Shown in pieces: positions 52,301-61,300 of a stretch of 64,000 bases of DNA. Each line of letters starts with the position of its first letter. The first letter of the stretch is position 1. A model generated the notes under the pieces. It was not told the DNA's origin. It saw only the letters and a program-made list of their open reading frames with translations, and searched no databases. The DNA is from Bugula neritina. Lineage: Eukaryota > Animalia > Bryozoa. The DNA lies in assembly GCA_964035545.1 (NCBI GenBank), contig OZ037773.1, forward strand, positions 1,827,751-1,891,750, given 5' to 3'. The position numbers were made by a program, and so were the translations under genes.

Positions 52301-55300
52301 ATAGAAGCAATTTATTCAATCCCCTGAGAGGGTGTTTGCCTCTGGTAGGCAGCGCATTGACTCTGTATGCACTGAGGCAGCAGTGAGGCAGCAGTGAGGG
52401 GTGTGAATTCGTGTAGCTCCATACGCAGGTGGTGTAGGTGCCACCCTATACAAAGCTAACAAGAGAGGCATGGTCATACACCTTTAGCTGTCCTATAAAT
52501 GGCAGCAGGGTAGAGCACTTCACAGTATAATCTCGGATTGTATAGGATGGGGGGCTGTCAGGGCAAATCTCCCAGCAGGAGGAAGAGAAAACGGAGGAAG
52601 ATAAAGTTGTAAGAATAGTTTATAAAGCTATATCACTGTGTTTGTGTTGGTGGTGATAACCTTTCGGTTTTAGAGTGTGTTATGTTCATTTGGGGAATTT
52701 ATCAGTTAGTTTAGCTGCAAGCTCTTACCAACTGAAAGTCTAGTATGATATAGCTAGTAATATTGACACCATGTCGTGTGTATTTACTTCTCTTAAAGTG
52801 CTGTGATGATTGTGGGGTAAAAGTGTGAAAGCTGCATAACCGAAAAGTAGATATTTTTAAAATAAAGGGACAACTCCAACATTTTGGGTTCACTTGTTTG
52901 TATCTTTCCTTCAAAACACAGTTAATATGGTAGTTAATATGGTAGTTGACATGATGTATAGCAGTGTTAAAGTAGAGTCATAGTACAATATGCTAGTTGT
53001 ATTCAACTTATTCTAAAGTCTCTCTCGTAGCATTTTTCAAATTGATGAATTAATGCTTGCATTTAGTATGCTTGACAATTTAACTGTATGATTTTTTACC
53101 ACTTGATATTCTATTATTAACACAAAAAGTTTTAGTGTTTTGAGCCTCTTTTACTATTGAATTCACCATTTCTTATAGATTGCTGATAATTATTCTATTG
53201 GACCACTATGTTTATTATTGTGTAGCTATTCTATATTTACCCACTTTGTTGGTTTTTACCAACTTAGCAGCACTAGATGTACAGAAAGGCTGTTTTGCAT
53301 GTTAGAAAGTGTTGCACCACTCAACTTACTAACTATCTTATACAGCTTGTCATGTTCATTACTAACTGAAATGTTACACTGTGTGTATGCAGGCCTTTTA
53401 TTATAGCAACCATACAAATACTTCTACTATTCCTATTAATATTTTAACATCTGGGCTGCGTTCAATTGGCCATATATTGCATGCCCTGCTATATATTCAA
53501 TTTACTGCTATATATTCAATTTACTGCTGTGTATTCAATATGCTGCTGTATAATATTCAGGTTATCCTTATTACTAGTTCCATCACTGAGAGAAGACAAC
53601 TCTGCATTATGAATATATATTATTCTTATTGTTAAGTGCACACGACCTTGTTATTTCCACAGGGTGTGCATAGCTTGTGAATTTGCTCTATAATTCTGGC
53701 TGTATCTTGTACAATGTAATACAACATGTATTAGTACATTTACTACAACATGTATTAATACATGTAATACAACATGTACTGCAACATGTATTAGTACATG
53801 TAATTATACAACATGTATTAGTACATGTAATTATACAACATGTATTAGTACATGTAATTATACAACATGTATTAGTACATGTACTACAAAATGTATTACA
53901 GTTGTGTGTTGTGTTTTTAGAGCCACTAAAGCCCGGCAGCAGAACTTAAACAGACCTAGAGATGACTCATTCTCCGAAGATTCACTGAAAGGTCTGTCAA
54001 CACTTTTAGAATAATATGTATTACTATTACAGCATATTACTATATTATTACATTGTTATATTATTGTTATACCGTATTATCGTATTGTGATATTAAATTG
54101 TTGTATATAACTATATCATATATGATATTGCTATAGCATATATAAACTCAGGCAAGTTTATATATGCTATAACTATATCATATGATATTGCTATAGCATA
54201 TATAAACTCAGGCAAGTTTATAGTCACCATTCCTGGGAGAAACCCTGATGAGAAGGTTTTTACTAAATTGAGCTAAGGACTTATTCATCTATGTGGCACA
54301 GGAGCAATTATTACTGGATACTCTTCCTAGCATCACCAATGGTCTTTACTGGGGTTCAACCCCATGACTACTGTGCTTACTAAACCAACACTCTTATTCC
54401 TGGACCACAACTGCTCCCTTATTGCTATAGCATATAGTAGTACTCTATTATCGCATTACTATATATTTGTATTACTATGTTACTATATTACTATATTACT
54501 ATATAGTATGGTATTACTATATTACTGTATTACTATATTACTATATAGTATGGTATTACTATATTACTATATAGTATGGTATTACTATATTACTGTATTA
54601 CTATATATTATGGTATTACTATACTATATTAATGTATATCACATGGTATTATTATGTAACTTGGCAGGTGAACAGCAAGCAGCAAGACTTGATAGGAGAA
54701 AGCGAAGGATTTCCTCAACACTCAAGGCAGCCAATAAGGAATCAGATAACTTTAGTGAGAGTGATGCCGCGCTGTCAGATGACAGTCTGGCTGAGCCAGT
54801 CATCAAGCGCAGGTCAGTTTATCTCTTTTAAATGTCAGCTGATAGAGTAACCTTGTAACGCTATTGTTTGCTTCTCCTTATACTTGTAGTTTCACTTTAG
54901 TTTTTCTTTATATAATTGCAGTTTAGTCGTTCTCCATATATATGTACTTTTACTTTAGTCTTCATGTAACTGTAGTTTCGCTTTATTTATTCTTCATATA
55001 AATGCAGTTTCACTTTAGTTATTCTCCTTATAATTGTAGTTCATCTGCTCAAAGGCAAGCAGAAGAATTGTTCAGACTGAGAGAAGAGTTTATGGATGCA
55101 AAGTTCAGTGTTAAGAAGGACCTCGTTGTTCAGGCACATCCTTCCTGGGACTGTCTGAGCGCTGCCGCAGTAGTAGAGCTTCCGACAGTAGTTTCATGTT
55201 GTACGTCACTCTGTACTATACTCTGTACTATACTCTGTACTATACTCTGTACTATACTCTGTACTATACTCTGTACTATACTCTGTACTATACTCTGTAC

Positions 55301-58300
55301 TATACTCTGTACTATACTCTGTACTATACTCTGTACTATACTCTGTACTATACTCTGTACTATACTCTGTACTATACTCTGTACTATACTCTGTACTATA
55401 CTCTGTACTATACTCTGTACTATACTCTGTACTATACTCTGTACTATACTCTGTACTATACTCTGTGCTATACTCTGTGCTATACTCTGTGTACTATACT
55501 CTGTGTACTATACTCTGTACTATACTCTGTACTATACAGAGTATAGTATAGTATAGTATAGTTTAGCACTATACTCTGTGCTAAACACTGTATTATACTC
55601 TGTGCTAAACACTGTATTATACTCTATAGTATACTCTGTACTATACTCTGTATTATACTCTGTATTATGCTGTGCATTATAATGTATTACACACTGCACT
55701 ATACCGCAATGTGCGCTGTTTTATATATTATATTGTACTCTGCACCTTATAGGGTTTATACTATTATTATATTATGTTACACTCCTCATCATATACTATT
55801 ATACAGATCACGCCGCTCCAGCTATCAGAAAACCTATTTTAAATTTGGATATCCATAGACTGAGCTCTACACCTGTGGATGTCTGGAGCTCAGTCTATTC
55901 TCAATCTACATCCGCCGACAAGTTCATGGTCACTGCTAGACCTACCAACAGCAACGCCAAGCGTAAGTTATTTTCCTTTTCAGCTTTTCTATGACATCAC
56001 ATCCTGTTATTAGTGCATGTGTTCTCTACTCACCTATCTACTCTATGATATCACATCCTGTTGCTAGTCAGTGTGATTTGCTTTTTCTTTTCCATTTTAA
56101 ATTCATGGAGAATAATTAAAACATTGAGTTTTTGTAACAATCTCGTGGTCTGTAGGTGGGATGTGTACCCAGTCAAGGACTGATGTGTGGGGCTCTATTC
56201 ACCCGTCACATCTATCAGATACAGGTCTTCGGGCTATAGTTGTTGATGAAGTTCATTGCCAATGTTCTGAAGAAGGATTAGAGTTTAAGGGTGGGCTAGG
56301 CAGTAACCCTCTAGCAAGATCTACTGTTTCTATTGTTAGCTATGATGGTAAGTAGTTGACGACTTCTGATGTCCTCAAGTCACACTTGAGGTCTGAATAA
56401 AAACACCAGAATATTATATAATTTCTTAAAAAGAAACAAAAAATAATATACAAGATCTACCAAAACTGCAAGGTCATAATTTCTTGTCTCATTCGTATAA
56501 ACATTGAACAACACTTCAACATTCTTCACATTTTAATTTATTTTGCTTGTAATAGTCAACTGTTTGAAGAAAAATCTCGTGATTTTCTTATAGATTCCGA
56601 GTCGTTGGCCAAAGCTAGCACAGCTACCAGTGCTCTTTTACTTGGAGCACCGAGTGACACCTGTTCTACTAACACCAATGACCTGCTGGCAGATGTCACA
56701 GTTGTCAACTCAACTTTATCTGACTCATTCACTGCCACTAAACAAGTGCCTGCAGCTAATGAAGCACCTGCCTCTGAGACCTATATGACTGTCGACTTGT
56801 TGACAGCTGAACAAGAACTTGATCAGGTTGATGGAAATGGTCATACGAAAGCAGATTATTTTCTCTCTTCTCACCGAACACCTGTCTCTACCTGTCACCA
56901 ACCCAGTCTCTCACTCAACATTAAAGGTAGATTAGAGAGTCAGTGCTGTAGATCTGTCTGTAAACATACATGTATAATCAGCAAATGAAACTGTAAATCT
57001 CTGGAAAGTGTTTTAGTAGACTGTAAACTTCTCTTCAACACTTGCAACGTTTCTCTGCATTATTTCTTCTTCCTGTTTCAGATGCTGACTCAGATGACAC
57101 GGATGAACTTCTAGCTTGTCGTCCAATCAATACAGCTCAAGAACTAAAAGCCAATGAAATGTATGTTTACACTTGACGTACTGAGTGTTGGATGTATTTT
57201 ATCTGTTTCCTTTTGCACTTGCTGCTTGATGCCTTGTTTATTACAAGTTTCCCATTTTGTTTTGCTACTCATTATTTTTTATGCCAATTTATGTCCAAAC
57301 TAATATTTTGTTATATTTTGTTGTTATTGTTACATTATTTTGCTGGTCTGTCTAGATTAGCACATGTTACTCACCAGTCACCTGTTGTCACATGCCAGCT
57401 CAATAATGACACTCATGACTCACCTGCTGTCACTTGTCAACTTGACACTGACACCTGTGACTCACCTGCTGATTCACCGCTATCTATACAACAAATAGCC
57501 CAGCTTTTAGTTGATGAGGTCCTTAAAAAGAGTGTGGCGTTGGTGTCAGCTACAGCTCTTGCTTCTAGTGTCACGGAGGATGTTGTTGTGACGGAAGTTT
57601 ATTTTAGTGACTCCAGCTCTGAGAAAAGGTGCTTTTTGTGAAACATTGGAATTGTAGTTAGAGTTCTCTATCTATCTCTAAACCTTGCAGTGTAGTACTA
57701 ATGTTGTGTAACATAATATATTCAGTTATGAGAAGCTTATCTGTCCACTGAACTTGATTTGAACTAAGATTGATGCTCAGTTTGTCTTCCAAGCAAATTC
57801 CTGCTTACTTTTTTTTAACATTTTTAAAATACAAGGATTCATTCTTGTGTTGACAAACTAATATTAATTTTCATACCATGATAATCAGTTCGGTTCCTAA
57901 TTCACGTCAAAGTTTAACCCTCACTTTATGACATTGTAGCGTGAAAAAACGGTATGATTTCAACTCCCTAGTATACCAGTGTGCATCACTTCATTCCACT
58001 GCTTTCTTTTGATGCCATCAATCAGCTGTTTGCTTCTCATGCGTTGGTTTCTTCTTCTGTTTGTTACAAGTTTCTGCTGCTGTTTCTTTCCTCTTTCTAT
58101 TTTTTGTGATGAGACTTAGGGAACGAATAATTGAACATTCCGTATTGGTATTTTTAATATTGTCTGTGAGGCTAATTATGTGGCTACTATATCAATTGGT
58201 GACTGAAAGGCAAGAGTGACTGTGTAGTAAGAGTGACTGTGTAGTAAGCGTGACTGTGTAGTGAGAGTTGTTGTATAGTCAGAGTGACTGCGTAGTGAAA

Positions 58301-61300
58301 GTTTCTGTGTAGTGAAAGTGACTGGCAGATGCACACTATTTATATATGCATGCTCTCTGTAGTGTCTTGCTCTAATACTCACTGTTATTTTAGCAGCTCT
58401 CAGCTGAGTTGTGTTGCTATGCTGTAGTTGCACTGATTTGCTGTAGAACTGTGCTGAGTGAGCTTATTGTAAGGCACCACTTGTGCACCACACTTGTAGT
58501 TATATTCCTTTAGCCTCAGGCAACAGCTTGCATTCAAGTGATGCTTATGCTATGCTGTAGTTACCATGAGTTGGTTGGAGTGAGCTCAAAGATATTTTCT
58601 CCTGATGGTACGGCACTCAAGGATGAGCCCCTGTACTTTGATGATCCTCCTGTGAGTGCCCCTCAGTCTATATATTATGTATATTAGTACAGTGACTTGT
58701 TGGAAAGTTTATTAGAGCTGTGTGTGTTGTAAGCCGTTAGTGTGATCTGATGTTGTACAGTTTCAGGGACGTTCTTTGTCAGCTCAGTCTGAGACTGTGC
58801 AACTCAACGGCTCTGGTGTCCAGGTCATAGCAGTGCCTTGGGACGTTGGAACTACCCCCTTACCAAAAGCCTACAAAACTGAAGTAATTGAAGCTAACAG
58901 ATGTGAAATAATGAACGATTCTAATCAAGATCCCAATCACCATAAAGATTGCTTGGAAAAGCCACTAGAAAGTCACATAACTGATAGCAAAGGCGAAAGT
59001 TGTGATACAGACCTGTACTCCGTGGATCAGCCAATCCCAATTGCTGTTTTATCTCAGATAGTAAAAGAAGATTATAGAGGATTTGAACAAACTGGTTCTT
59101 CGATTCAATTTTATGAAAACAAGACCAAAGATGAGCCAGGTGAGTGGATAATTGTAAACTGGCTGCAGTTACTCTACAGAGTGAATCTGCTGCAGTTACT
59201 CTACAGAGTGAATCTGCTGCAGTTACTCTACAGAGTGAATATACTGCAGTTACTCTACAGTCTACAGAGTGAATCTGCTGCAATTACTCTACAGAGTGAA
59301 TCTGCTGCAGTTACTCTGCAGAGTGAATCTGCTGCAGTTACTCTACAGAGTGAATCTGCTGCAGTTATTCTACAGTCTACAGAGTGAATCTGCTGCAGTT
59401 ACTCTACAGAGTGAATCTGCTGCAGTTACTCTACAGAGTGAATCTGCTGCAGTTACTCTACAAAGTCAATCTGCTCTAGTTTTTCTACAAGCTAAATCTG
59501 CTGCAAGTTTCTACTATTCTAGTCTGTCATGTTTTCAGCTGATGCAATGCTAAAGACGTCTGCAGAGTCCATGTGCTCGGAGAGTGATGAAACTGAGAGT
59601 GAGTCACGATCAGCTGGCAGTTACCTTCTTGAAAATAATACTGAGATGAAGGACCTAGCAGAAAGCCAAGTGTCCCAGTCTCATATTATATCCAGTATTG
59701 CAGAAGAAAAGGGTGTGTTTACTGTTGATGATTTAGACTAGTAGTAGATTTGCTGCTTGCTGTTTTTTCTAGAAAGTTCATTGGCTTTGGTGCACAGTTT
59801 GTCAGTTAAGCCGACTGCGAGTTTGGTTCATAGGTTATTGAAATATGTTTTAGAACCAATCATACTAAAAAGGAAGTCACATGACAAATTAGGAGACTCG
59901 GCCATTGGCTCTGATTTGACAGAAGATGTTGAGTTGAATAATCAAAAACTGCATCAGGAAAGACGTATGTACATATAGCATACTGATATTATTAGCTTTC
60001 ATTTCTTGTACCACCAGAGCTTTCTCTTAGTGGTACCAAGGTTCGAATCGCTGTGAGAATCCCTGATGGGTGATGTTTTTTTAACAGAATAGATGATGTC
60101 TTTTTTTTAAAATTAGGCTAGGGACTGTATAGGCTGTGGCACAAGAGTAATTATGACCAGATACTCTTTTTAACATTACCAATAACTTTGGCGGGATTCG
60201 AACCCTTGACTAATATTTTAGCCATTTGATTATACTAGGGCTGCTAAGAATTCAAGTCTCATTATCAGCACGCTATTCTTTTCATTATAGAGCATACTCT
60301 ATTTATTTATAACTGAAATTAATTTGTTGTGTTTATTGAAATAGCCTTTGGTCCTTTATTATAGCCGGGTCATATGCTGCCACTAGAGAACAGCTCCTTC
60401 TCTCTGACTCTGGTGAGTGACTCATTATCTGTCCATGTGCTGCTCTGTGTTTGTCTGTCATTCCGTCTGCTGCTGTGTCTGTGTAGTGTGGTTCTCACAT
60501 TCACGTCTCGTTTGTTTAGGGAACGGTTCTGATAAAGCCGATACTCCCCCTCCTCCGTCTGACTCCGAATTCCCAACTAACCCTGAGAGCGGTCTCGCAG
60601 AGACTGGTGATGAAGATACGTGTGATCGTACCCAGTCTCTCCGTTCTTCTTCTCTCTCTAGTAAGATGTGTTCCTCTGTATTTCTGTGTAACTCTGTGGG
60701 TGTCTGTCTTGGTCTTCGTAGCCTAGCTGTATCGGGTATATGTACATACAGTGTAGATGTATAGTGTATAGGTAAGTGTATAGTGTAGATGTATAGTGTA
60801 CAGTGTATAGGGTGTATGTATAGTATATAGTGCATATGTATGTGTAGTGTTTAGGTATAGTGTACAGTGTAGATGTATAGTGTATAGGTAAGTGTATAGT
60901 ATATAAGGTAGGTGTATAGGGTATATGTATAATATATACTGAATATGTATGTATAGTGTATAAAGTAAGTGTATAGTCTATAGTGTAGATGTATGTATAG
61001 TGTATAGGTAAGTGTGCAAGGTATATACATGTATAGTATATAAGGTTGATGAATAGTATATAAAGTATATAGTATACAAAGTATATAGTATATAAAGTAT
61101 ATAGTATATATAGTATATAAAGTATATAAAGTATATAGTATGTAAAGTATATAGTATGTAAAGTATATAGTATATAAAGTATATAGTATATAAAGTATAT
61201 AGTATATATAGTATATAGTATATAAAGTATATAGTATATATAGTATATAGTATATATAGTATATATAGTATATAAGGTTGATGAATAGTATATAAAGTAT

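Noticed and set aside
56556-56593. Upstream acceptor at 56555
   Set aside because: It gives a stop in the phase required by exon 56156-56347; acceptor 56593 fits.
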